DNA of 32,681 nucleotides from Acidobacteriaceae bacterium (GTDB lineage Bacteria; Acidobacteriota; Terriglobia; Terriglobales; Acidobacteriaceae): NCBI GenBank assembly GCA_043746935.1, contig JAYTQD010000015.1, positions 1 to 32,681 of the forward strand, read 5' to 3'. Shown piece by piece: positions 1 to 8,749 of this stretch (position 1 is its first letter; each line of letters starts with the position of its first letter). The notes under the pieces were generated by a model. It saw only the letters and a program-made list of their open reading frames with translations, ran no database searches and was not told where the DNA came from. The position numbers and the translations under genes were made by a program.

Positions 1-1110
1 TCGATGGGGATTCAGACGGGGTTTGCGAATCCGTACATTGCGGAAATACAGGGATGGCTGGCGGCGGGGCATGATCCAACATCGCACTCGTGGTCGCACT
101 CGTATTACACGAACACGAGCTGGCTGACGGTGCAGTACATCGGGGCTGGGACAGCGGCATCAATGTCGCTCTCGGGAAATATTTTGACAACGAACGTTAC
201 GGGCGGGCCGGGCGGGGAGAATTTGAGTTTGGATTTGACGAATCCGGCTTACAACACGATTCACGCTCTGGCATTGCTCTTGCGATTTTCGGCGCCGGGG
301 TATACGGCGACCCAGGATCCGAACGCGCACGATGTGATGCACTCATATACCTTAGCGGACTTTGCTGGGGCGGATATCAAGGCTGCGGGTTACAACATGC
401 AGCTGGATAAATCGAGATATGTGAACGATGAGATGGCGTTCTCGAAGGCGTGGATGGAAACAAACATTGTGGGGGCGGGAAATCAGACGGTGTATGTGTA
501 TCCCGACGGGTTGGGAGATGTGAGTACGTTTGGTTGGGCGGCTGCGAATGGATACAAGGGCGGACGCGGTAAGTTGAGTATGGACCTTGGCAACTACGAC
601 GTTGCGGCGGGCGGAAATGGGTTGGGCGTGAACATCCAGAACGTGACGAGTCTGGCGATTACGAAGTTGCATGGATTCACCGCGCCGCAGATACAGGGAC
701 AGATTGGAGAGTTAGTCTTTAAGTCAGCAGTGCGGGGCGTACCGTATGGATTGTTTTGCCACATCAATGAAGTGACGCCGGCGGAAGTGAGTTCCGTACT
801 GGACGGGTTGGCACAACATGGGGCGGTAGTGATTACGGACCGACAACAGATTGATGCGATTTTTGCGGGTACGAATGTGACAGGGACGTCGTACTACACG
901 AGTGCGGCGAACGGTCGTGAACCGAATCTGCGGGGGACAGCGTTGTCACCGACGACGGGGGTTGGGGCGAATCTGGGGACGGCGTTCGCGATGGATTTGG
1001 ATGGGCGGAACCGGGGCGTATTTGGGTGGGACATCGGGTCGGTGGTGAGTAACCCGGGGAGCCGCAGCGGCGGCACATTCTCGGGGCGAGGGGCGGCGAT
1101 CATCCAGTGA
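1..1110 (+). CDS. Polysaccharide deacetylase-like (NodB/CE4-type) protein, probably 5'-truncated by the window edge
   Basis: Frame is open from nt 1 (track ORF 4..1110). HSWSH fits the CE4 H-[ST]-x-x-H metal motif, and YVYPDG / LFCHINE resemble later CE4 motifs. The usual upstream TFDD-type motif is absent, consistent with a missing N-terminus. Stop overlaps the GTG start of the next gene (GTGA, 1107-1110). Confidence 0.55.
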   Translation, partial: SMGIQTGFANPYIAEIQGWLAAGHDPTSHSWSHSYYTNTSWLTVQYIGAGTAASMSLSGNILTTNVTGGPGGENLSLDLTNPAYNTIHALALLLRFSAPGYTATQDPNAHDVMHSYTLADFAGADIKAAGYNMQLDKSRYVNDEMAFSKAWMETNIVGAGNQTVYVYPDGLGDVSTFGWAAANGYKGGRGKLSMDLGNYDVAAGGNGLGVNIQNVTSLAITKLHGFTAPQIQGQIGELVFKSAVRGVPYGLFCHINEVTPAEVSSVLDGLAQHGAVVITDRQQIDAIFAGTNVTGTSYYTSAANGREPNLRGTALSPTTGVGANLGTAFAMDLDGRNRGVFGWDIGSVVSNPGSRSGGTFSGRGAAIIQ

Positions 1111-4055
1111 AAATACAAAAGGTTTTGCTGCTGGCGCTGTGCGCCACGGCGGCGTGGGGGCAGTCCGTCCAAAAGGGAACCTTGGTGGATCGTGGGACGG
1201 CGGCTTACACAACGGGAGCGGTGGGCAACCTTGCATTTGGGGACAACCGTTATTGCGCTAAGGGGGACATTCCGGCGTTTGGAGCGGCGTACGATGGGCC
1301 TGCGCAGCTACCCATTGCGTGTTTCTATACGGGAACGGACGGGACGCCGTCGGGGTTGCACACGAACGGAGCTACGGCGACAACATGGCAGGTCCGCAGC
1401 GATACGGATACGGCGCGGTGCCTGCCGGGGCCACCGGACAACGGACAGTGCGCGGTGAACGACTGGAACGCGGCCATGGCCGGACTGGCGTGCGGGGACA
1501 TCGTGCAGATTGAGCATGGAGCTGTGCTTCTGGCTCCGGCGTCGACGGGATTTGTTTTGCCGCATCTGGCATGTGACGTCAATCACTGGATTACGGTGGA
1601 GTCGGATTCGGTGGTCGGCGACGCAAATTTTCCAACTGTGGGAACGCGGGCGACGCCATGCCACATTGGGCTGGCGTCGGTGGCAAACTACCCGGACTAC
1701 CCGTGCGGAGCGGCTCATGGAAGCGTAGGGGCGGGGCCGGCGGCGGCACAGCGGATGGCGAAGTTTGTTACGACGGGGACGACGGCGCCGGCAATGACGC
1801 TGGATAACCAGGTGACTCCGACATGCGCGGCTTTTCCGTGTACGGATCACTGGCGGTTTATTGGGCTGGAGTTTACGAATCAACCGCCGAACGCCGGTGG
1901 GTCGCCGAGCACACGTACGAGTCACAAGCTGCTGGAGTTTCTCGGCGGGGACCATATGATCCTGGACCGAAGTATTGTCCATGCGCAAGACGATCCTGGA
2001 TTTAACAAGACGTCCGAAGTGCAGGGCGGGGTGAACTTCAACGGATCGTATTTAGCGGTAATTGATTCGTGGATCTACGACATAGTTTGTACGAATGCGA
2101 ACATTGGACCGTCGTGCGTGGATTCACAAGGGATCGCGGGCGGAACGGGTTCGTATCCGCAAGTGGCGCAGAAGATTGTGAACAATTTAGTAGCCGCCTC
2201 AGGCGAAAGCTGGTTTTGGGGCGGGGGGCAACAGGCCTATCTTCCGACAGCGAGTAATGCGGATGGCAACACGGCGGATATTGAGGTTCGGCGGAATCAC
2301 AGTTTTAAACCGTTGAGCTGGATGCTGCCCATTGGTCTATCGGCGGGAACGACGAATCACTGGGATCCGAAGAACCTGGGTGAGACTAAGACGTCGAACC
2401 GTTCGCTGTGGGAAGGCAATGTAGCGGAGAATAGCTGGACGGGTTGGCAGAGCGACCAGTTTGGCAATGCTTTCCTGACAACGCCGAAGAATCAAAACGC
2501 TAAATTAGCGACGACAGGTACGACGGTGACGGGGGGTACGGACGGGTTTGGGAACAACATTCTGACATGTTCGGCAACAACGGGGTTATGCCAATTCTCT
2601 TGTGAAGAAGACCCGAATGCTGTCCCGGATCCTACAGGAGTAGGGACGACGGTGGCGTCGTGCGGGGCGGTGGTGACGTTTCCGGGTGGCGCTGGATCCT
2701 ATAACAAGGTGTGCCCGCCCTTTGGGAATGGGACGGGTTGCCGCATTGTGATTGGGAGTAATAAGTATCACATTACGGCCTATGTCAGTCCCACCGTGGT
2801 GCAGGTGTCGGAATCGACGGCTGGGGTTAGCGCGGCGAGTTATACGGCATACCGGCGCGGGTTGAACCCGAGCGCAGTGGTGCGAAACTTTACCGTTCGC
2901 GACTCAATCATTCGGCACGTCACTGATGTAATGGAGGTTCTGAGCGGAGCCGATGATGGAGGAGAAGAGGCGTTGGGAGTCCATAATGCCTCGATTCACG
3001 ACATCGTAGCGTATGACGTGGATGCAACGTTCTGGGATAACAACAACAGTTGCTGCACCATGGGATGGTTCGTGAAACTGGAGAGCTCGACGCTGGTTCC
3101 GACGACGGTGCCCAGCGACATTACCGCGGATCATAATTCTGTGGCGCTGATTGGATGGCAAGGGCGGCAACAGGGATTGGTGAGCTGGTTTGACCTCAAG
3201 GTTTTGACCACCGACACAGCACCATATGTGAATGCACACTACTTTTCAAATATCAAAGTTCGAAACAACATTACGGCAGCGGCGGTACAAATTACGAAGG
3301 CTGGGGGGCCGTATTTTGCAACGCCTTCGACGGTGTCGGCGGGGGCCAGTGTTTACGGATGCTCGGACAACAACGGGGGGCTGAGCGGAGGCGCTTGTAC
3401 TTACGATCTGACGAAGAATCTTCTTCTGACGGGGCTGTGGGGAAGTCAGAACGACAATCCTTCGGACCTGCATTTGCTGGGGTCGAACACGGTGGAGGCC
3501 TGCAGTTGCACGATCACCGCGAACGGGGGGGCTTGTACACCCGGCAGCCCGAATACCTGGTCAAGTCCGGTGACGGCGGGGTCGATTGACGCTTGTGACC
3601 GGGCGACGAGCGCGGGTCTTTACACAGACATCTTTACAACGTGGGACGTGAACGGCACGAATGCCATGGATCTGCACTTGAAGGCGGGGAGCCCCTATAT
3701 TGGGCAAGCAACGGATGGGGGAAACCTTGGGGCGAATGTGGACTTGGTAAACACGATGACCGCCGGGGTGGCGAACGCGGTGAGCTATGCCGCACTGTCG
3801 ATTACGACGACGAGTTTACCAAATGGCACGAATGGAACGGCATATTCGCAACAGGTGATTGCGACGGCGGGCGCGTCTCCTTACAAGCTATGGGCAGTGA
3901 GTGCGGGGGCGTTGCCGACGGGACTGAGTTTAGCGAAAGCGGACGGGACAGTCTCTGGGACGTCGACGGCTACGGGGAATTTCAACTTCACGGTGCAAGT
4001 GGAAGATGCAGGGCACCAGTTTGCCACAAGGACGCTAAGTATACAGGTGAACTAA
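1107..4055 (+). CDS. Large secreted protein: signal peptide, Cys-rich beta-helix-like carbohydrate-active body, C-terminal cadherin-like putative Ig domain
   Basis: 982-aa ORF. N-terminus MKIQKVLLLALCATAAWGQ is a classic Sec signal peptide. The body is G/T/N/S-rich with many Cys. The last ~90 aa (SLPNGTNGTAYSQQV..YKLWAVSAGALPTGLSL..DGTVSGT..FTVQVED) follow the bacterial putative-Ig/cadherin-like pattern. Function is inferred from these patterns only. Confidence 0.7.
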   Translation: MKIQKVLLLALCATAAWGQSVQKGTLVDRGTAAYTTGAVGNLAFGDNRYCAKGDIPAFGAAYDGPAQLPIACFYTGTDGTPSGLHTNGATATTWQVRSDTDTARCLPGPPDNGQCAVNDWNAAMAGLACGDIVQIEHGAVLLAPASTGFVLPHLACDVNHWITVESDSVVGDANFPTVGTRATPCHIGLASVANYPDYPCGAAHGSVGAGPAAAQRMAKFVTTGTTAPAMTLDNQVTPTCAAFPCTDHWRFIGLEFTNQPPNAGGSPSTRTSHKLLEFLGGDHMILDRSIVHAQDDPGFNKTSEVQGGVNFNGSYLAVIDSWIYDIVCTNANIGPSCVDSQGIAGGTGSYPQVAQKIVNNLVAASGESWFWGGGQQAYLPTASNADGNTADIEVRRNHSFKPLSWMLPIGLSAGTTNHWDPKNLGETKTSNRSLWEGNVAENSWTGWQSDQFGNAFLTTPKNQNAKLATTGTTVTGGTDGFGNNILTCSATTGLCQFSCEEDPNAVPDPTGVGTTVASCGAVVTFPGGAGSYNKVCPPFGNGTGCRIVIGSNKYHITAYVSPTVVQVSESTAGVSAASYTAYRRGLNPSAVVRNFTVRDSIIRHVTDVMEVLSGADDGGEEALGVHNASIHDIVAYDVDATFWDNNNSCCTMGWFVKLESSTLVPTTVPSDITADHNSVALIGWQGRQQGLVSWFDLKVLTTDTAPYVNAHYFSNIKVRNNITAAAVQITKAGGPYFATPSTVSAGASVYGCSDNNGGLSGGACTYDLTKNLLLTGLWGSQNDNPSDLHLLGSNTVEACSCTITANGGACTPGSPNTWSSPVTAGSIDACDRATSAGLYTDIFTTWDVNGTNAMDLHLKAGSPYIGQATDGGNLGANVDLVNTMTAGVANAVSYAALSITTTSLPNGTNGTAYSQQVIATAGASPYKLWAVSAGALPTGLSLAKADGTVSGTSTATGNFNFTVQVEDAGHQFATRTLSIQVN

Positions 4056-4093
4056 GAGCTGGATTCACCACGGAAACACTGCGGTACGAAAGA

Positions 4094-5710
4094 ATGCAGC
4101 CGGACGAAATTCTGGACTGGAGGCGACGCGTGAAAGAGAATCTTGCATCTTTGTTGGAGCTTGGCACAAAGCTGGATGTTGTCTTGTCAAGCCGGCAATG
4201 GAAGAGAAGTGACTCGTTGATCCATCTAGAGAACCCGACTATGCGAGACGTTGCCATGTGCCGGTTGCTAAGAATCCGTGACAAGCAACGCAAGCTGGTT
4301 CCGCTTATTGCCAATCGGGCACAGCGGGAGTACGAACAGAAGCACAAGCAGAAGAACATTGTTCTCAAAGCACGCCAATTGGGGATCACAACCTATGTGG
4401 CGGCGCGGTTTTTTATTGAGACCATCACGCAGCCGGGAACTTTGAGTGTGCAAGTAGCGCATGATCAGGAATCAGCGGAGGAAATTTTCAAGATTGTGCA
4501 CCGGTTTTGGGAGAACCTGCCCAAAGCGCTTCGCCTGGGGCCATTACGGACCTCGAGGGCGAACATCCGCCAGATGGTGTTTCCGGAACTCGATAGTGAA
4601 TATCGGGTGGAAACGGCGGCCGATCCTAACGCGGGGCGCGGGCTCACCATCCATAACCTACATTGCTCGGAGGTAGCCCGATGGCCCCGCGACGGAACGG
4701 AGACGCTAGCTTCGCTGCGAGCAGCGGTGCCGCAGGATGGGGAGATCGTTTTAGAATCGACGCCGAACGGGGCGAGTGGCGTGTTTTATGAGGAGTGGCA
4801 GCGGGCAGGTGAGACAGGATCGGCGCGACACTTTTTTCCGTGGTGGTACGAAGACTCGTATAGGGAAGCGCATCCGGCGGGGTCGTTGACGGAAGAAGAG
4901 CGGGAACTAATGGAGCGGGCAGGGCTGAACGCAGAGCAAATTGCGTGGCGGCGGACGAACCAATCGACGTTGCGACAGTTGTCGCCGCAAGAGTTTGCCG
5001 AGGATCCGCAGTCGTGTTTTCTGACGTCGGGGGAGTGTGTTTTTGATTTGAAGGAAATCACGCGACGGATGGAGCGGTGCGCGCCGCCAATGGAGAAGGG
5101 CGATAACGAGCGGTTGCTGATTTGGTGGCCGCCGCGGAAGCCTCACTTGTACGTGATGGGCGTAGATCCAGCGGGCGGTGGAACGGGAGGAGATTATGCG
5201 GTGGCACAGGTGATTGATCGCGCGACCGGGCTGCAATGCGCCGAACTGCGCGGGCACTATCCGCCGCGGGAGCTAGCGACACGGGTGGCGGAATTGGGGC
5301 GAGCTTACAACGACGCGCTGGTGGTGGTGGAGCGGAATAATCACGGGCATGCGGTGCTGGCGTATCTGAGTGAGGTGGAGAAGTATCTGGAGCTATACGA
5401 AGAAGGCGGGCAGATGGGGTGGCTGACCTCGGCGGCGACGCGACCGGGCATGGTGGAGAATTTTGCAGCAGTGCTGGCATCGTCTCCGAAGTTATTTCAT
5501 AGTCTTCGGCTGCTGGGGGAGTGCCGGACATTTGTGCGGCACTCGGACGGAACTACGGGGGCTGCCGGCGGGGCGCATGATGATTGCATTTTTGCAATGG
5601 CGATTGCGCTGGCCGGGCGGAAGGCCGTCGCTGGAAAGCTGTCGCGTCCAAAGATGCTGAAGCTGGCTGGACTGGCGGAGAAAGCGATGATGCAGGGAGT
5701 GGGCTTGTAG
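4094..5710 (+). CDS. terL: Phage terminase large subunit
   Basis: ATPase region VLKARQLGITTYV (Walker-A-like KARQxG[IF][ST] typical of TerL). C-terminal RNaseH-like nuclease motifs VMGVDPAGGGTGGDY, VVVERNNHGHAV, HDDCIFAMAIAL. ATG at 4094 is the first start after the upstream stop; the 3641-4093 part of the track ORF overlaps the previous gene and is discounted. Confidence 0.9.
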   Translation: MQPDEILDWRRRVKENLASLLELGTKLDVVLSSRQWKRSDSLIHLENPTMRDVAMCRLLRIRDKQRKLVPLIANRAQREYEQKHKQKNIVLKARQLGITTYVAARFFIETITQPGTLSVQVAHDQESAEEIFKIVHRFWENLPKALRLGPLRTSRANIRQMVFPELDSEYRVETAADPNAGRGLTIHNLHCSEVARWPRDGTETLASLRAAVPQDGEIVLESTPNGASGVFYEEWQRAGETGSARHFFPWWYEDSYREAHPAGSLTEEERELMERAGLNAEQIAWRRTNQSTLRQLSPQEFAEDPQSCFLTSGECVFDLKEITRRMERCAPPMEKGDNERLLIWWPPRKPHLYVMGVDPAGGGTGGDYAVAQVIDRATGLQCAELRGHYPPRELATRVAELGRAYNDALVVVERNNHGHAVLAYLSEVEKYLELYEEGGQMGWLTSAATRPGMVENFAAVLASSPKLFHSLRLLGECRTFVRHSDGTTGAAGGAHDDCIFAMAIALAGRKAVAGKLSRPKMLKLAGLAEKAMMQGVGL

Positions 5711-5781
5711 GACAGCGAGCCAGAGTGCCCGCGTCATACGAAACGGAATGGAACATAGAACGGAAAAGAGTAAGATCAGGT

Positions 5782-6591
5782 GTGGCGATTGCGGCGGTCC
5801 AACATGTGAGGCGGATGCGGGGCGGGGCGCAAGGGCATTTGATGCGCTGCTCCGATGGGCATTTTTACGTGGTAAAGTTCCGGAATAACCCGCAGCATTT
5901 GCGGGTACTGGCGAATGAGCTGCTGGCGACGCGGTTGGCGGAGCGCGTGGGGTTGCCAGTACCGGTGGTGGAAGTAATAGAAGTGAGCGATTGGCTGGTG
6001 GAGCATACGCCGGAGTTGAATATTCAACTGGCGAGGGAGACGATTCATTGTCAGGCGGGGTTGCAGTTTGGGTCGCGGTATGTGGTGGCGCCGCCTTGGG
6101 ATGGACAGGTTTTGGATTACTTGCCGGTGGAGATGTTGGGACGGGTCCGGAACTTGGAAGCGTTTGCCGGAATTTTAGCGTTGGATAAGTGGACGGGGAA
6201 TGCGAATGGGAGGCAGGCGGCGTTTTGGCGGAAGATGCGGGAGCGGAAGTATACGGCTACGTTTATCGACCAGGGGTATTGTTTTAATGCTGGGGAGTGG
6301 TCGTTTCCGGATAATCCGCTGCGCGGGGTTTATATGCGCAATGAAGTGTATGCCGGGGTGACGGGGTGGGATTCGTTTGAGCCGTGGTTGTCACGGATTG
6401 AGGCGATGGAACGTGATGTGATTTGGTCAGTGGCGGGGGAGATCCCTCCGGAGTGGTATGGCGGAGATTGGGGCGCGCTGGAGAAATTGGCTGAGGCGTT
6501 GATGGAGCGGCAGGATTGGGTGCGGGGATTGATAGAAGCGTTTCGGATTTCGCCAAGGAGACCGTTTCCGAATTGGAAGGCAGCGAACTAG
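5782..6591 (+). CDS. Short HipA-like (PI3/4-kinase fold) Ser/Thr kinase family protein with a non-canonical catalytic loop
   Basis: AVQHVRRMRGGAQGHLMRCSDGHFYVVKFRNNPQ..RVLANELLATRLAERVGLPVP matches the N-terminal pattern of short HipA-family kinases as I recall it. LDKWTGNANGRQAAF aligns with the HipA catalytic loop and FIDQGYCF with the Mg-binding Asp segment. Start is uncertain: GTG 5782 is chosen because homologues begin before the RGG segment; alternatives are GTG 5725 and ATG 5815. The 5584-5710 part of the track ORF overlaps terL. Confidence 0.7.
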   Translation: MAIAAVQHVRRMRGGAQGHLMRCSDGHFYVVKFRNNPQHLRVLANELLATRLAERVGLPVPVVEVIEVSDWLVEHTPELNIQLARETIHCQAGLQFGSRYVVAPPWDGQVLDYLPVEMLGRVRNLEAFAGILALDKWTGNANGRQAAFWRKMRERKYTATFIDQGYCFNAGEWSFPDNPLRGVYMRNEVYAGVTGWDSFEPWLSRIEAMERDVIWSVAGEIPPEWYGGDWGALEKLAEALMERQDWVRGLIEAFRISPRRPFPNWKAAN

Positions 6592-7394
6592 TGACCGAGA
6601 AGCGACAATGCGAGTTCTTCCTGCTGCGGTATGTACCGGATGCGGTGAAGGACGAGTTCGTCAACATTGGCGTGGTGATGCTGGAGGCCGATGCGGGGTT
6701 TGCGGATATCCGGCTGACGCGGGACTGGCGACGGGTGCGATGTTTGGACCCGGGCGTGGATGTGGAGATGCTGGAGGCGATGGAGCGCGAGGTACGGGCG
6801 CGGCTGGCAGACGTGACGGACCGGGACTTGTTGATGCGCAAGTTGGAGGAGTCGTTGTCGAATACAGTGCAGCTTTCAACGGCGAAAGGGTGTTTGACAG
6901 ACGATCCGCGGAAAGAGATTGAGGAGTTGGCGTCGATGTACCTGGAGACGAAACGAGCTGGGGAAAAGCGCGAGGCCGGCGGGCGGCAGCGGTTGTTGGG
7001 CGGGATGCGGATGGCGTTTGAGCAGGCTGGGGTGTGGGCGCACCTTCGGCAAGGTATTGCAGTTTCGCAGTACACGAATAAAGGTGATCCGCTGAAGATT
7101 GATTGCGGGTACCGGCCGAACGGGGTGGTCAAGTTGTTTCAGGCAGTGTCGTTGGCGACAGACGTAAATGCAGCGAAGGTGCTGGCGTTTAGCTATCCGC
7201 GAATTGCGGAAGGGATTGAACGCGACGAAAAGGCCAATACGGCTCTTACCGCAGTGGTGGAGGACGAGTTGGATCGAGGCGATGAGGGCATTCAGTTTGC
7301 GTTAGCGATTATGGAACAGAGCAAGATTCGAATTGTTGTAGTGAGTGAGATGCCAGGGATTGCGGAACTGGCGCGGAAGGAATTGCGGTTATAA
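6591..7394 (+). CDS. DUF3037 domain protein with ~140-aa C-terminal extension
   Basis: CEFFLLRYVPDAVKDEFVNIGVVMLE is the characteristic DUF3037 N-terminal signature (x-LRYVPD-x3-EF-x-N-[IV]-GVV). The GTG start at 6591 shares its G with the kinase stop (TAGTG), implying translational coupling. The track ORF start at 6516 lies inside the kinase gene. Confidence 0.75.
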   Translation: MTEKRQCEFFLLRYVPDAVKDEFVNIGVVMLEADAGFADIRLTRDWRRVRCLDPGVDVEMLEAMEREVRARLADVTDRDLLMRKLEESLSNTVQLSTAKGCLTDDPRKEIEELASMYLETKRAGEKREAGGRQRLLGGMRMAFEQAGVWAHLRQGIAVSQYTNKGDPLKIDCGYRPNGVVKLFQAVSLATDVNAAKVLAFSYPRIAEGIERDEKANTALTAVVEDELDRGDEGIQFALAIMEQSKIRIVVVSEMPGIAELARKELRL

Positions 7395-7420
7395 GCAGCA
7401 AGTCTGGGTTGAGCGAGTAG

Positions 7421-7453
7421 ACGCCACGGTTCACTTCCGTGGCGTTTTCATTT
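7421..7453 (+). terminator. Rho-independent terminator closing the kinase/DUF3037 cassette
   Basis: Perfect 9-bp stem ACGCCACGG (7421-7429) / CCGTGGCGT (7437-7445), 7-nt loop, then TTTCATTT, 27 nt after the DUF3037 stop. Confidence 0.75.
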
Positions 7454-7496
7454 GGAGTTAGGTCTTAAATTCAGCGCGAAGCGGTTTAGAGAATCC

Positions 7497-8702
7497 ATGA
7501 AAATTACAGAGACGTTACGTGGCGCCATGCGCCGCATGAGCAGGGGAGTACCGAACGCTGGGGTGGATGCAGTCCGGCGGACGGCCGCACTTCCATCGAT
7601 TTTCAACACCTACGGGCCGCGGGCGGATGTGTTGCCGAAGCCGACGCCAATCAATCTGCGGAAGTTCGCGGAAACTCCGGTGGCGCGGCGGGCAATCAAC
7701 GCAATTAAGGACCGCGTAGCGGGGATGCGCTGGCGAATTCAGGCGAAGCGCGGGAGAACACTGGACCTGCTGCCGATGGGGAGCGAACGCGTTGACTTGC
7801 TCACGGAGAATTTTGAAGCTCCCAATCCGGATGACTCGTTCCGCTCCATGGTGGAGCAGGTGTTGGAAGACGTGATCGTGGGCGGGTTTGGAGCGATTGA
7901 GATTCATCGCACAGAAGACGCGGCGCACCCTCTGGCCTTGTTCCCTGTCGATGGGGCGAGCATTCGCATGAAGACGGATTGGGATGGCAGTCCGGCATCG
8001 CCGCGCTATGTGCAGGTCACGGGGCGGTTCGGTGTGGATGGGAACGTGGTTCTGAATGATGAGGATCTGAGCTACATCCGGCTGAACACCCGGACACATA
8101 CGCCTTTTGGGTTGGGGCGGCTGGAGGTGGCGTTCGAGACGATCAACTCGTTCCTGAGCGCGCACCGGTTTGCGGCGCGGCTAGCCTCGAACTCTGTGAT
8201 GCAGTATGCGTTGTGGCTACAGAACATGAGTCCGGTACACCACGAGCGATTGATCCGGTGGTGGCAGGACGAGATCGAGGGAACTGGACGAGTGCCAATT
8301 CTTTCGGTGGAGACCAAACCGGAAGTACTGCGGTTCGGCGGCGGCACGGACGCGGACTTGCGGTTGGGGTGGCAGGAGTTCCTGCTTCGCATCATCGCGG
8401 ATGCATTTGACTTGCCCCCGCAGTGGCTGGGGGTGGAGCGGGATGTGAACCGGTCCACCGCGGCGGAGCAAAACAATACGGCGTTCCATCAAGCGATTGT
8501 GCCGACGGCGCGGTTGATTGCGGAGCATCTCACGCGGGATGTGATCAGCAAAGGGTTGGGCTGGCAGGATCTGGAGTTTGTGTTCACGGATCTTGACGCG
8601 GGTAACGAACTGGAGAGCGTGCAGATTCAGGAAATCCTCTTGCGGAACGGCGTGTTGACGGTGAACGAAGTACGACAACAGCGTGGCTTGCCGGCGCTGT
8701 AA
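7497..8702 (+). CDS. Phage portal protein
   Basis: ~400-aa ORF in the canonical position before protease/capsid. Size and sequence character are typical of HK97-family portals (e.g. FDLPPQWLGV segment). ATG 7497 is preferred over the TTG 7452 that lies inside the terminator. Confidence 0.8.
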   Translation: MKITETLRGAMRRMSRGVPNAGVDAVRRTAALPSIFNTYGPRADVLPKPTPINLRKFAETPVARRAINAIKDRVAGMRWRIQAKRGRTLDLLPMGSERVDLLTENFEAPNPDDSFRSMVEQVLEDVIVGGFGAIEIHRTEDAAHPLALFPVDGASIRMKTDWDGSPASPRYVQVTGRFGVDGNVVLNDEDLSYIRLNTRTHTPFGLGRLEVAFETINSFLSAHRFAARLASNSVMQYALWLQNMSPVHHERLIRWWQDEIEGTGRVPILSVETKPEVLRFGGGTDADLRLGWQEFLLRIIADAFDLPPQWLGVERDVNRSTAAEQNNTAFHQAIVPTARLIAEHLTRDVISKGLGWQDLEFVFTDLDAGNELESVQIQEILLRNGVLTVNEVRQQRGLPAL

Positions 8703-8749
8703 GAGGCAAAGGGGCTCAGGTCCGATCACAAATTGTCCAGCCGGAGAAA

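Noticed and set aside
3641-4093. N-terminal 151 codons of the 689-aa track ORF upstream of terL
   Set aside because: Overlaps the 3' end of the 982-aa gene in another frame. The translation is Gly/Arg/Trp-rich with no terminase similarity. An open alternative frame is expected in GC-rich DNA, and ATG 4094 follows the upstream stop.
5748-5776. Possible moron promoter (ATGGAA-17 nt-TAAGAT) upstream of the kinase gene
   Set aside because: It matches the consensus hexamers poorly (about 3/6 and 4/6), so it cannot be distinguished from background. The cassette may simply be read through from terL.
5584-5781. 5' extension of the kinase ORF overlapping the terL 3' end
   Set aside because: It would overlap terL by 127 nt. 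The translated extension (MHFCNGDCAGRAEG...) is low-complexity, and homologues begin just before the RGG/SDG..YVVKF block.
6284-7132. 282-aa minus-strand ORF antisense to the kinase/DUF3037 genes. Similar long antisense ORFs: 1308-1988, 7515-8165, 8217-8963, 9204-10025, 12506-13072, 17194-17760 (+), 20591-21478 (+), 26600-27148, 28386-28922, 31294-31854, 32155-32604
   Set aside because: All are Arg/Pro/Ser/Ala-rich shadow ORFs lying opposite genes with clear family motifs. This is typical of GC-rich sequence, and they show no motifs or plausible ribosome-binding sites.
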